A stretch of DNA of 64,000 nucleotides from Rhizophagus irregularis (lineage: Eukaryota), in assembly GCF_026210795.1 (NCBI RefSeq), contig NC_089432.1, positions 3,038,001 through 3,102,000 on the forward strand, written 5' to 3'. The stretch's first letter is position 1. Every line of letters starts with the position of its first letter. A model generated the notes under the pieces. It made no database searches, was not told where the DNA came from, and saw only the letters and a program-made list of their open reading frames with translations. Both the position numbers and the translations under genes were made by a program. This document shows positions 24,010 to 37,270 of the stretch, one piece after another.

Positions 24010-24946
24010 AAGGTTTAATTATCATTCCCTATACATTTATTATTGCCATGTTTTTGTTATCGTTCTTCTATTTTCTAGTTCCATATGATATGACAATATT
24101 CATTTTTCCAGTGGTTTGAAATTTGAGCGAGCATTTTTTAACCATAAATAAATAGCCTTTAGTTTTATTACGTTATTCTTCTAACAACTCTTTGGCCTTA
24201 AATACAATTAGAAATTAATAAAGATTAGATGCAACTAGAACACATACAAAATTCTCATTATAGTGTATATTAAAATTATAAGTAATTTGTTCAAGATTTC
24301 ATGTAAATAGTCAAACCTGCTCATATGTATATCACTTAAATAATATAATCATTTTCATTTTCATGTTCAACAATTGAATCTTGAGATAACGGAACGCTTA
24401 TTTTGCGATTTTGAGAATTCTCCAATAGAAACAAAATACATTCACCAAGTTTCCTTCATAAAATGAAATTAATGGATAATACCCATTTCATTGTACCTGT
24501 AATGTAAAAATAATATTTAAGTCATAATCTGCTGTACGTTAAAATGGATTACATCTTACTTTTTTTTAGTTCTTGTCGCGGTAACCATGATTATCCATCA
24601 CAAATCTACTTCACACTGAAGATTATTTTAAGTGAGGAACGTAATACATGATTAAAGATAAAAAAATATTAATAAGTTTAACATAAAATTATAATTACTT
24701 CAATAGCAATTTCTTTAACTGTGACATTATTGAAATTAAAGAAAGATTTCAACGCTAAATGATCGCGAAAACTTTTCCAGTTAGCACGATATACTTTTTC
24801 AAAATTTCCGGGACCAATTTCTGATATCATTAAAATATTTGTAATCGTAATATTTAATGTGTTGTCTTCGCAACAACTTCTTCAATCCAATTAATCCACT
24901 AAATTGAATTATCAGTAACTTTAAGTTCAGCCGCGTTTTTAGACAT
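24010..24946 (-). pseudogene. Kinase-family pseudogene (exon 1 and start of exon 2) joined to unrelated decayed exons
   Basis: ATG TCT AAA ... ELKVTDNSI*WINWIEE ... VYRANWKSFRDHLALKSFFNFNNVTVKEIAIE|gtaatt with stops and frameshifts. Exon 2 breaks after NLQCEVD and continues in non-kinase sequence. Confidence 0.75.
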
Positions 24947-26197
24947 TGTCAAAACCAATAGAAAGTTCTTACTGCGGGTTAATTTTAGAATTATAGGATG
25001 ATTTATGGAATTTAGTGTTGATCATTGTCAATTTATGAACAATGCGAAAAAATAAATTACATTGTTTCATGATTGCTGCATAATGTCGACACAGCTCTAC
25101 TATGCATGATATGAAATTACCAAAATTACTTATATTCATAATACGATCGTATGTCGTAACAATGGGTTTAAGTTAAATTAACAGAATGTACAGTATAATG
25201 ATAGAGACCAGCATATTTGAATCTTAGCCAAAAAATTTTATTTAAAGAAATACTATAAAAAAAATCATAAAACAATTCTTTTTTTTTTAATGATATAATA
25301 TGTTAATAGATCTAAAAAATCATTTATGCGTATTAAACACTCATAGGAATTAATAAAATGTATGATGTTAAAGCGCATGATATTTAATTATTAAATTTTT
25401 TCAAAATATAAAAAATAATTTTATGCATCAAGAAAACTCTTTAAATAAGGTCACCAGAAAATAATACACTAGCTAATTAAATATATATTTCCTGCCAGTA
25501 AAATTAAATACATCACAAACACGTGAATGGAAAATCATTTAGTACTAACTTAGTTTTAACGTCATTTTGCTTTGCGCGGACTCAAGTTCAACAAAGTGTG
25601 CCAAGATTACCTCATGTATTAAACTATAACTTTATAGTATATATTAATTTGTTGAATAACACATTACATTTTGATTAGTAAATGAAAGGTCCAACCAGAG
25701 GGATTTTCTTTATTTACCTTTTTTAGATATATTCAAACATATCAGTTAAAACTCGTTTCATTGTTACCAGATTGTTAATAATCATTATCTCTGCTTCAAC
25801 TTTGATTCACTATTTAAATAAGAACAAAATCGAGATGATCATGCGGAATACGTCCGATTTTTCCGATTTTACCGATAATTTTTTTCTTAATTAGTTCTTA
25901 ATTTTCAGAAAAGGAAATAATAAAAGAGACCATTATATGCAATAATTTCGCTTATAACTTGAAACACCTCGACCTTTTTATTCATTCTAATTATAAATTA
26001 ATGATACTATACAATATAGCGCATTTTATTAATTTCCTTATAAGCTCTTGATTTACCAGTGAATTTAGCTATTAATAGTTTTGTGCCGATCATATTTGTT
26101 CGACATTTTAATGAAAAAAATTCCTATAAATAAGGATTTTATTTTCGTAAGTCTTTTAAAATTTTTTTAATACAAACACATAATTGATAACATCAAA

Positions 26198-28407
26198 ATG
26201 AATAATGCTAGGAGTACAAATTATTGGGTGGAGGAGGCCATCTCAAAAAAAATTATTAAATATTATGAATATGAAAATTTTAATAATATCGAAGAAATTG
26301 GTATCGGAAATTTCGGAAGAGTATTTCGTGCTAATTGTAAAAATACACAACATTATTTAGCGTTGAAATCTTTTTTTAATTTTAACGAATTCACTCTAGA
26401 AAAGATCGTTTGTGAGGTATTTATATATATATTTTTATTATACACATTCAAGCACGTAAATCATAAATTTTATTCATAATTTAGCTTAAACGTCAAACAG
26501 ACGTAAATGTCCATCATAACATTATTCGCTTTTATGGGATTACAAAACTTAATTCGGGTAAGATAAATTAATTTAAATTAAATTAGTTAGATTATTTGAT
26601 TTTTTATAAAAAAAAGCTAATATATGTATATTTTTTATTTTCTCATTCGTTAGAAAATGAAATTGATCAATCAAAAAATTATTTATTAGTAATGGAGTAC
26701 GCCGACGGGGGTAATCTTCGAAATTATTTAAAAAAAAACTTTGAAGGTCTTACCTGGAATGATAAATGGAATCTGGCATACCAGCTTACCTGTGCTATAT
26801 CATTTTTACATGATGATGATATTGTGCATAGTGACTTGGTAAATAATTAATGCATATTAAAATAAACATCGTGAATTTAACTTGATCGACGTATATTTAC
26901 TAAAATATTGTAAACATTTTATGATAGCACTCCTGTAATATATTGGTACATCAAAATTCTATAAAGTTGGCAGATTTTAGCTTATCAAAAGAAATTGAAG
27001 TAGTATCAAAATCACATACAAAATCATTTAGTATGATTCCTTACATTGAACCAAAAAAATTCAACATACTATCATACTCATTAAATAAAAAAAGCGATGT
27101 TTACAGTGTTGGTGTACTCTTATGGGAGATATCAAGTGGTAAACCACCTTTTGAAGACGAGTCTGATGTCAATTTAGCCGTGCGAATTTTACAAGGTCTT
27201 AGAGAAAAAATTATTCCTAATACTTCTATTGATTATGAGAAACTTTATACTGGTAAGTATAACGATAAAATTTAAAAATATTATGACTAAATTTATTATA
27301 AAATTTTATGTTTCATATAACTTTGATATATATTTAGAGTGTTGGGATGGTGAACCGGACAATCGACCGTCTGTTAACGAAGTCGTCAAAAGATTAAAAA
27401 CAATTATTTATCAACAAAATGAAAATATTGATAATATAACTTACCAAATATCAAATGAAAATTCAACTTCATTAAATGAAGAATCATTAATTAATAATTA
27501 TACATCAATAAATTCAACTGTTGATGAAGATTTATGTGAAATGGTTAATGATATATTAATGAAAATATGTGAAATAACAAATGAAGGGAAAGAGCAACCT
27601 TACCTTTTTCTTAATTATCTCAGTAATTTTGATATAAATGCAGAAGAAATTCGTAACAAGATATTAAATAATCAAAATAATCCAAATTTTATTTTTTTAC
27701 TTGGATATTTTAGTTATTTAGGAATTGGGACTATTAAAAATGAAGAGAAAGCATTTCGTCTATTTATTAATGCATCCGAACAAGATCATCTGTTGGCACA
27801 ATATTATGTTGGAAAATGTTATGAATTTGGTATTGGAACTGTAAAAGATGAAAAATTGGCATTTAAATATTTAGAAAAATTCATTAATAGAGATTATTCA
27901 ACGGGACAATTAAAAATTATTCAATGTTATGATAGAGAAACAGATATTAAAAAAGATTTTAGAATAGCTTTTCATTGGTACGAAGAGGTCGCACGTAATG
28001 GAAGTGTGATAGCTATGTGTAATCTTGGTCTTTTATATCTAAACGGAAATGGAATTGATAAAGATTATCAAAAAGCGTTTGAATTATTTAGAAAATCAGC
28101 TGATGGAGAATGTTTAGGTGGAATTGTAATGTTGGGATATTGTTATTATTATGGAATTGGAACTAAGGTTAATTTCAGAAACGCATTTAAATTGTTTAAA
28201 GAGTCAGCAAGCTTGGGACATAATATAGCTCAATGTAATCTTGCTTTTATGTATGAAATAGGAAAAGGAGTTAAAAAAAATATAAATCAAGCAATGTATT
28301 GGTATGAAAAATCTGCTGAACAAGGTAATCTAATTGCTACATCTCAATTAGATAAACTTAGGAAAATTATGAAAAGAAAAGAAAATTCTTCATGCAAAAT
28401 AATTTAA
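26198..28407 (+). CDS. TKL kinase + Sel1-repeat protein with C-terminal polybasic/CaaX tail (divergent paralogue)
   Basis: Exons 26198-26416, 26485-26557, 26654-26838, 26928-27252, 27338-28407 in frame. HSDLHSCN, DFS, SDVYSVG; about six Sel1 repeats; ends KLRKIMKRKENSSCKII*. Confidence 0.92.
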
Positions 28408-28726
28408 AAGTCTAATTTGTACATACTTTCCCGTATTGTTGTAATTGCTATGACCAAAGTGCATTATGATGCAATGATTTTTAAAAAAATCTACACAAAA
28501 AAAAAAAATTTTCATCTCGAATATTATAATAATGTAATGGCAATAAGTAAATTTTTTAAAAAAAATAAATAAAATAAAAAAATCCTGTAAGCGTACTATA
28601 ATATGATTAAAAAAAGCTGAATGTTTCACATTTTTTTGAGTTGCGCAAAACTTGTAGTATTTAAGGGTGTTATAAAGTTTACATTACTGCCTCTTCAAAT
28701 TTTTAGAGCAAAATTTCTTAATACAC

Positions 28727-28896
28727 GAGGTTGGAACCGGTTAATGTTTAACCGGTTAAAACTATTTTGACCATAAATCCATAATTCTGGTCGGATTACT
28801 TAATGCGGCCCAGAGACTTGATAATTTCAGCAAAAAAAAATTTCATATTAACCGGTTAATTAACTGGTTAAGGTTTTTTTGGACTGTTTCAACCTT
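28727..28896. mobile_element. Degenerate MITE with AACCGGTT subterminal repeats
   Basis: GAGGTTGGAACCGGTTAA ... ACTGTTTCAACCTT imperfect TIR and repeated aaccggtt. TSD not clear. Confidence 0.45.
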
Positions 28897-29151
28897 TATT
28901 CTTAAAAACTCAAATCGAATTTCCAGCTAATATTTTCTATAAGATCATCTTTTTTATTTCAATCAGCTTTCAGACGGTTTGTACCCTTGTTTGTTTGATT
29001 TTTTTTTCAGATTATTTCTTTTGGACTTTTTTCTGTCACTTTATGGGCCGATTCGGATCTACCCGACTTTGTCACATAAAAATTCATCCTTCTTAGTTTA
29101 CGGGATTGAATTCTCTATGATAATTGTAAATCTGTAACTGTAAATCCTATA

Positions 29152-29293
29152 CAGAAACTTCAAGATCGTAGCGATGGCTTAATGCGCAGTAACTGCATAT
29201 ATGTAATTTCTTTACGATTACATAATGCGGTCACTATGTATTTATAACGCAGTTACTGCGCATTAAGCCATCGCTACGATCTTGAAGTTTCTG
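29152..29293. mobile_element. Tc1/mariner-type foldback MITE (142 bp)
   Basis: Perfect 45-bp TIR CAGAAACTTCAAGATCGTAGCGATGGCTTAATGCGCAGTAACTGC, flanked by TA on both sides. Confidence 0.9.
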
Positions 29294-30089
29294 TAAAGTC
29301 TGTGACGATGGAAAATCCTAAGACTGTTTTTAATATAGTAGATCATTACATATTGGTAATCGGGAAAATCTAATAAAAACGTTTGTATTATCCTATAACA
29401 ACTAAATAATGGGAAACAAGCTATCATTGCACAAAAAATTTTTATCCGAATATTTCCATTATTCCTCCGTGACTTTCGTGAAAATGATACATTCATACAT
29501 TCACGGAAAAAACATGGAAATATAAAACATGGATCAACATTTTTTTACAGGGAACACAAACTTTAGTTAGTTACTTAGCAAGCATTAGTCATTAATTTTC
29601 ATTTTCTTTATTGTACTAGGCTTTATTAAGTAAATAGGGAATAATAGGGAACAACGGATTTTTTTTAAATAATTATTACATTTACATAGCTTTTTAATAT
29701 TTTAACTCCTTGTAATCCAAATTCATTTATAATAATAGTTATAATTATTATTCCTCTTAAGTAATAGAAAATTTCATGATTATAATAAAAGTAAAAATAT
29801 TTTCTTTTCTTTTACGAAAAAAAAGCGCCATTTTTTTACGAAGAAAAGTCACATTATCCACTTTTATCCAAATTGCACGTGATTATATAGGTATACCTTC
29901 TACATCTGTTCCAAGTGAACAAGCTTTTATTTTTATTAAATAATACACAAATATGTCTAAAAACACAAGTTCAACGCAGGAAGAGGTTACTAACAAATTT
30001 ATAGAAGAGATTTACAAGAAGTATTTGGGTATAGAAGACAAGTGTTTGCATAAGTTTTATTATACAAGTACGAACGAGCAGTAGTCTAG

Positions 30090-31548
30090 AATAATATTTT
30101 CACCAGGTTTGCGTCCGCGCCAGTCGTAACATATAGGAACCTTTTTAATATTATGGGTGGTCAAGTTATTAGGAAAATAATGCCGAAGCTTTTGAAAAAA
30201 ACTTTTCGTCTCTTCCAGGGGGCCGCAGCAAAAACTCAGAGTTACGTTGTTTGGAAGAAAAATTAAACAAAATGGCAACTGAATTATCAGAGAAAGAACG
30301 AATAATATTGCTTTAAAAAGTAGAAAATTTAAAACAGACCATACTGGATTTAGAAAATAGGGTACGAGGATTAGAAAAATATAAAGAAACGATTACAGAC
30401 GTATTAGGGAGTTAGAAGTTGATGTAACGGTCAAGGAACGAATGAAATTAGAAAAAGAAGAAGTTAGAATTATTACCGAAAAATTCAAGGAAAAGAAGAA
30501 AGAACAAGGCACGAGTTTATCTCACAAAAAAGTTAAGAATAACTCGGGTCAAACAAAGAAAAATTTTCAAGCAGGAGGCGTAAAAGTCGGAAAATTCAGA
30601 TACACAAAATTACCCAAATGGAATGATCACTGAGATTACGCGGAGAAAATTACGATCAAAAGAAGTTATAAGTACAAGACGAATCAAGCTTCGTTTACCA
30701 AAGAGTATTAAAATACTTACACGCGAGGACTCGAGGATGGGCTAATATTACAATTATTAGGAACGGTCGTCAATATTTTTTCCAGATGTTTGATCCTGAT
30801 TCAACGCCACGTGAACTAAGAAATTTAGTTGGCGAGCAGTTAAGAAAATTGTAGCAGGAAATGATATCACTGATGGAGAAATTATTAAAAATATTAAGAA
30901 ATACTGAGGATTTTTCGGAAAAGTTATTAGGATTAACAAAATTAAATATATCCTTTTATACTTTAACAACGAAAATGAAATAATGAACGCGGTCTACAAA
31001 TCGGGAATGGAAGATGAAATAGGGCAAGGGCTACAATTAAAAAGTCAAGACAAACTTAATGGAAGGACGGCAATTTCAAGTCACAGAGGATCTACAAGAC
31101 GAGGCCAAACAATAATGTATCGGAGAAGTCGGATGACGAACAATTTTATGATACAAGGGACGGTCTAACAGATCAAAAGGAGATTTGAACGACAGGATTG
31201 ATGATTTTAACAAATTAAATGAAGTTTTTAGTGACAGAATTAAGGAAATTAATGATAATAAACAGGTAAATTATTAAAGGAAGGTGATAATACTAATGAA
31301 AACAAGAAACGTGTTGCGCAAATTCAAGGTTCTCGAGGGGATGATAATAGCGAAGGGAGTGAATAAATATGCAATATAGTATGATTTTAGCGCTTTATTA
31401 AATGGGGTTCTATTTAGTTAGTCTTTTATGGTATAGTTTCAAAAGTTTTTAGATAGATACCTTATTGATATTATGCTTTTGCGTCTATGTCATAATCATT
31501 TATATTGTATAAATCTTATAATACTAATAAATGGTTACAAAAAAAAAA
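30090..31548 (+). mobile_element. Decayed non-LTR retroelement derivative with ORF1-like region and poly(A) tail
   Basis: GC-richer 5' leader, then broken ORF MATELSEKERIILL*KVENLKQTILDLENRVRGLEKY (coiled-coil-like) and an RRM-like stretch (LLYFNNENEIMNAV). T-rich 3' UTR ends AATAAATGGTTAC-A9. No RT motif seen. Confidence 0.5.
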
Positions 31549-33204
31549 CATAAACGTAGTAAATATCATATTAATGTTACTTTAGGTTAGTTTTGTTAGG
31601 CGGTTTGTAATTTTACAGTTTTATATAGTTTTATTTAGATAAGTTACACTGCTTTATTTATTTGCCTTCTTATGTCTACACTTTTGGGAGTGGTTGGGCT
31701 TCGGGTCTTATTCTCGATCATCTCGTAACAGCATGCTTTGTTTTCAGAGAACACTATTCCAAGAATGCGAAAAGTTTTTCGATTGGTTTTTATAAGGTTT
31801 ATTTATTGTCCGGAGCAAAGCGGAGGACTATCTCTGGAGACGAAAATGTAAAATTTGTATATCCCATGCAAAGCGACCTTCCACAAATCACCACTATATC
31901 TTTTTTGAATGATCTCCATATTCCTCTTTGAACCCCTAAAATATTCTTTACTGATTTGGAAAATTCCATGAAAATTGAAAAAATTCTCATTACTTATATT
32001 TTACATTAAATCTTTATAAATTTAGTAAAACTATTTAAGAAATAGTTTAAAATATCTTAATTGCAAATTCAAAAGAAATTATTACATCGATATAAAATCA
32101 AATCATAAATAATAATTATCATATGTTTATTCTGCTTAAACGAGGATAGAGAAAAAGAAGAAAACGTTCAAATAAAACAATTAAAAAATTTTTATATAAT
32201 TATAATAGCAAAAAAAATAAAAAATCAAAAATCCTGTAAACAAAATCTCGTATTAAGAAAAGCTCCGTTTTATTAATTTGATTAAAATTAAACAATATAT
32301 TATTTAAAGGAAGTATTGATAATTAGACTACTCTATAAATAATTTGATGGAAAGTCAGTGCTCGATCTATTCTATGTTGGCTTGTTGGGGTCACGTGCAC
32401 GTTCGATGGCTAATACTAACGAAAAAGTTTTAGCATGCGATCGGCGCAGCAGAACGTTTCTTTTTTCTTTCCTTCTTTTTTAAGCTAAATCGTTCTTTTT
32501 ATGGTAAGCACCTTTTTTCCCGGTTTTTTACTAATATTTTAATGTTTTTTTTAAAAAAAAAATTTGAAAATTATTTAAATTTTATTTTTTTAGCTATTTT
32601 ATTTTAGTTAATTTGCATCGGTGATCGACTATAATAAATTGCGTTAGCAAGCCGATCTTGTATGTAGTACTAGCTGTAAGCGTTAATCTAAATTATAAAT
32701 AAATACAATGTCTTTCCATTTCTAGGACTATAGAATTTATTATGCTTAGTTATATATGTATAACGTCTAAAATAAGTATAATATTAATAGCGAATTATTT
32801 ATGTTTAGATTTAATTCACGTTGATTAGTTTACATGATCGTTTCCTTAAGTTCATGTTCTTTAACTATTATTCTGTAAGTGATTTTCTTTTCCTTTTTTT
32901 TCTTTATTGTTGTTATTATCATCAAAATTATGTACATTTGAGGTTTTCTGTGTATTTGCAAATGTCATTTAACTACCTTTACAAACTACTACTGCGTATG
33001 TCATACTCTTTGACCTTAAAATTTTACTTAAATGTGATTTTTACTTAAAATACCTTAAAAGTCTTAAAAATGCAAAATAATATACTTTTTTTCGCATATG
33101 ACCTTTATTATAATTATCTTCTCACATTATTATAAAAACGACTCAAGATTCAATAAAGTTCACCATAAAAAAAACGACTCAAGAAAGTTCATCATAAAAA
33201 AAAA

Positions 33205-33953
33205 ATGATTTCAAAACTTATCGCATATTTACTTCTTTATTGTATCGTAATGAAATCTTCATTACCACCAACTCCGCTCCCAAACTTATCAAAAATTAAA
33301 ACTACTTTTTCAGAAAAAGTATTATTATCTCTTCCATATCCATTTGTAATCATGTGGTCATTATGTATATTATCTTATATTTACATTATGTATCAACAAG
33401 AAAATGATGGCGTTGCTATTATAAATGTTCGATTTAGCGAATGGTCATTTTATGACATCGTATTTTATATAATAACCATTCTCGGGTGTTCTTTAAGATT
33501 ATGGAGTTTTTACACATTGAGAGAATATTTTACGTTTAATGTTACCATTCTCAAAAATCATAAATTAGTTGATACAGGTCCTTATGCTCTATTAATTCAT
33601 CCTTCGGTAAGTTATATTTTTAAATGGTTTATCAATAATACAATAATGTAACTTTATTAATATTTTTTGTTTATTATTTTTTATTATTTTTTTAGTATAC
33701 TGCAATTATGTTAATGACACCTATTGTTTTATATGTGACTTATCAACTTCATTATTATATTCCAATTTATTCTCCCGTCGATTTTTCATTTTTCGTATAT
33801 AGTTGGTATACTTATGCTGCATGGGCTTTCATATATTTATATTTAGGAAGGCACAGAGTTTTAGGTGAAGAGAAAGTGTTAAAACAAAGGTTTGGAAAAG
33901 AATGGGATTTGTATTCAAAACAAAGAAAAAGGTTTATTCCTTATTTATTTTAA
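33205..33953 (+). CDS. Isoprenylcysteine carboxyl methyltransferase (ICMT/Ste14)-like integral membrane methyltransferase, 219 aa
   Basis: Exons 33205-33606 and 33696-33953 (GTAAGT..TTTAG). Spliced motif HKLVDTGPYALLIHPSYT and C-terminal EEKVLKQRFGKEWDLY...RFIP are typical of the ICMT/PEMT superfamily; several TM segments. Confidence 0.85.
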
Positions 33954-34923
33954 CCTGTTAGTATGACGGTAATGAAAGCAGTTATCACTTTTTTTTTTTT
34001 GAATTTATTTTGAATTTAATATTAAATCCATTTATTATTTACTTATCTTTCATATGTAATGACTTTTTGATCTAATGTTATCTAGACTTTTTTTTTTGAT
34101 ACAAATAACTTGAGAGATATAATCTTACATAATAAATTTCTCGGTACGATTTAGTATATCTATATATCTAAAATTTTATTAAAATTGGAAATAAAATTGA
34201 GGGACTTTAATATATACCATCTATATGAATATTAAATTCAAATATAGTTCTTATAAATAATTTGACATATATATGAGTATGTTTCTAACTGAAATGATAC
34301 CTATCCAATGATTAGAATCACTGATTGATGAGTAATTTCGTCCAATACATTAATCCTATTAATTCTCTATTTTTTTTAGCTTGACCATTAATATCTCCAT
34401 ATGTAGTGACCAATCTCGAGTGATCTTTGATTTCAAAATTAGAATATAATTTTAATCTTTAAAAGAATACAATATACTGTATATATACACCAAATATGAA
34501 TAAATATAGACAAGTATACTTGTTCTAATAAACATCGAAAAAACATCGTTGGCATCCTATTTATCGCAGTTTTCAGAATTCTATGTACATTGTGATGATT
34601 GAGTGATTATGATTGCAGGACGATTACAGGACGATTACAGGACAACATTGTCCAATTTTTGTCCGGTAATCGTCCTGTAATCTAATAGTTTTTTTATTAG
34701 ATGGTTTATAGGGGTAGCACAATTTTGAAAAGTGCGATAAACCATTGTTCTATTTAATTAATCGCTGTTTTATTTCGCACTCTTTGAATAATTATTACCG
34801 GATTTTCGAAAATTGGATTTTTCAGGGATATACGCCGTAGATATCGTAATGTTGCCAGGAAATAATTCTGATAAATGAACATAGATTTAGTTTATGAGGG
34901 TTAGGATATGGAAAGAGTATCAT

Positions 34924-35571
34924 CCCTATAAAAAATAAGTGTCCGGAAATTGTCCAGAAATTGTCCAGAAAATTTGTCTAAATAATTGTCCAGAAAATGT
35001 CCAGAAAATGCCAGGTACCATGTCCGGAAATTGTTCCAAAAACACACTCGTTACCGGACACTCATTTTGTCCAGAATTTGTCCAGAAATTGACCTGAAAT
35101 ATTTTTTCATAAAATTTGGCACAAAAAGATGATCAACAGGTGACCATCATTATAATTGCTTTTAATCTAAAGTTTTATATCATAGATATATAGTATTTTT
35201 GCCTGCTCAGCAAATTTAATTAGTATGACAAAGAAGGTTATGAATGTCAGTCTTGTGCTTTTTGCATTTTTTTACAAAATTAATTTATCCTTTTTTGGAA
35301 GTAGCGTCCAGAATTTGTCCAGTTCAAATTATCTGAATTTTTACTATGTCCAGAATTTGTTCAGGTTTATCTGTCTGGAATTTGTCCAAAATTTTATACT
35401 GGACAAATTCTGGATATATTCTGGACAAAGTCCGGATATGTCAAAATTTTAGGTATCAAATTTGTAGCAAAGAATAGGCGTTTTCCGGACAATTTCTGGA
35501 CATGCCAGATTTATTCTGGACAATTTTGGACATTTTCAAAGACATTTTCTGGACATTTATTTTTTATAGGG
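34924..35571. mobile_element. CMC/EnSpm-like MITE with TCCGGA/TCCAGA subterminal repeats
   Basis: TIR CCCTATAAAAAAATAA.TGTCC ... GGACATTTATTTTTTATAGGG, 3-bp TSD CAT on both sides. Confidence 0.88.
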
Positions 35572-35703
35572 CATTCCCTTCGACTGCGGACTAAGAACCG
35601 TGATTCAAGTAACCTTATAAAGTAGTTTCGGCTACGGTGACTCGGGAACTGGAGTGGGCTCTTTTATTATTTTTGTATATTTTATTTAGGTTAGTTTAGT
35701 TTA

Positions 35704-35968
35704 CCCTGTAAAAAAAAAATGTCCGGAAATTGTAGCTAAAAACATCCGGAAAATGTCCGTGTGTCCGGAAAACGTCCAGAAAATTGCAATATTCCGGACA
35801 CTTTCTGGACGCTGGGTCTGAACCCTCCTAGACATTTTCTGGACATTTTCCGGAAAATGGAAATTTTCCAACGTCCGGAATATTGCAATATTCCGGACAT
35901 ATTCCAGACAAATAAACATTTTCCGGACGTTTTCAGCTACAATTTCCGGACATTCTTTTTTTATAGGG
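35704..35968. mobile_element. CMC/EnSpm-like MITE, related to 34924-35571
   Basis: TIR CCCTGTAAAAAAAAAATGTCCGGAAATTGTAGCT ... AGCTACAATTTCCGGACATTCTTTTTTTATAGGG, TSD TTA on both sides. Confidence 0.88.
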
Positions 35969-37270
35969 TTAGCGGTGATGATTATTTAGTTTAGTTATAG
36001 TCTTATAGATATTTCTTATTAATATATATACATGGAGTAGTCGTTTCATTCAGTCGCCCTGTAGTGTTGCTTTGGTAACGCATCCAAAAGTTTAACTATG
36101 GAGTTAAGAGACTATATGTATTTCTTTTGTATACTTTTTGTATTATTTTGATATATAAAGTTAATAAAGAAATGCGCGTTACTAACAAAAATATAATATA
36201 TATACTGTATATATACACCAAAAACAAAACATTACATCATTATTATTACCAATAAAATTCCTCTCATAGGCCTTATATTCCATTCCAAAGAAAAATTATT
36301 ACTGTTAAAACTATTTTACATCTAAATTTTTTTTTTCTGTTGTTTAAAAATATGTGGTATACAATTTTTAGTCTCAAGATCGTATCTCTGTGAGGCGATG
36401 ATGTTTGAACCTATTCAAGTGAATTTGTAGCAAAAAGTATGAGCATATAATTCACTATTTAACTTAAATAACTTCATCTATAAATAAATATTAAACTTTA
36501 TGATAGAACAAAAAAAAAATTAAAGAAAATAAACCGACCTATACTGCGCAGTATGTAAGATCATGAGAAGTAGCGTAAATTGTATTTATTAGCATACAAT
36601 TCACTCAAGAATTTCTCAAAATTTCACATGTTTCTGTTTTAATAATTAAATGACGCTTCTTGGATGCAAATTTAAATTGTAAAAGGTTAACTGTCCGTAG
36701 CGAAGCGAAAGACCATATATGTACTATGAAAAATGATCGACCACGTGAATTCGTCTGTCCCTCACGTGACGTCATCCAATGAAATCGCTAATTTTAGTTT
36801 TATCTTTCGCTCTGGACTTTCAACGGTTACCGGTTAGTACTTTTAAGTAATTAATTAAATTTACAGTAATATTTCTCTTTTTTATTTAATTTGTTATACA
36901 TCTCAGCATCATTTTTTTAAAATTTTACGAAAAAAAAAGCTTCAATTTTTTCGTAAAAAAAAAACAAATGACATTTAATGGAATTAAAATAATATTACTA
37001 AATTACTGGTGGATAAAAAGCTGTCAACACAAATTACTAACAATTTCAATCATATTAATCTATTTAAAGATATTTGTTTGAAAATTCTATTGTGAAATGA
37101 AATCTTTTATTAAACTGATTTTTAAAAAATTATTGCGATCGACATATTTCTGTACATACACTTTGTTTAAACTTTTTGTAGACTTAAAAAAGAAAAAAAA
37201 ATTGATAAACTCGATACATGAGAGTTAAAAAAAAGTTTAGGAGTCGTTACGCCACATTATTAACGAACAA

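Larger units (their letters stand above)
34690..36191 (+). mobile_element. 3' fragment of a LINE-like element interrupted by two MITEs
   Basis: T-rich 3' UTR ending AATAAAGAAATGCGCGTTACTAAC-A5. A closely similar terminus occurs on the minus strand at about 50305-50335. Start approximate. Confidence 0.5.

Noticed and set aside
32380..32900. Possible ncRNA or non-coding exons upstream of the ICMT-like gene
   Set aside because: Some GC-richer blocks and splice-like sites are present, but no recognisable tRNA, snoRNA box pair or stable structure could be supported.
35225..35994. Short ORFs at 35225, 35701 and 35761
   Set aside because: They lie within MITEs made of TCCGGA repeats and show no protein motif.
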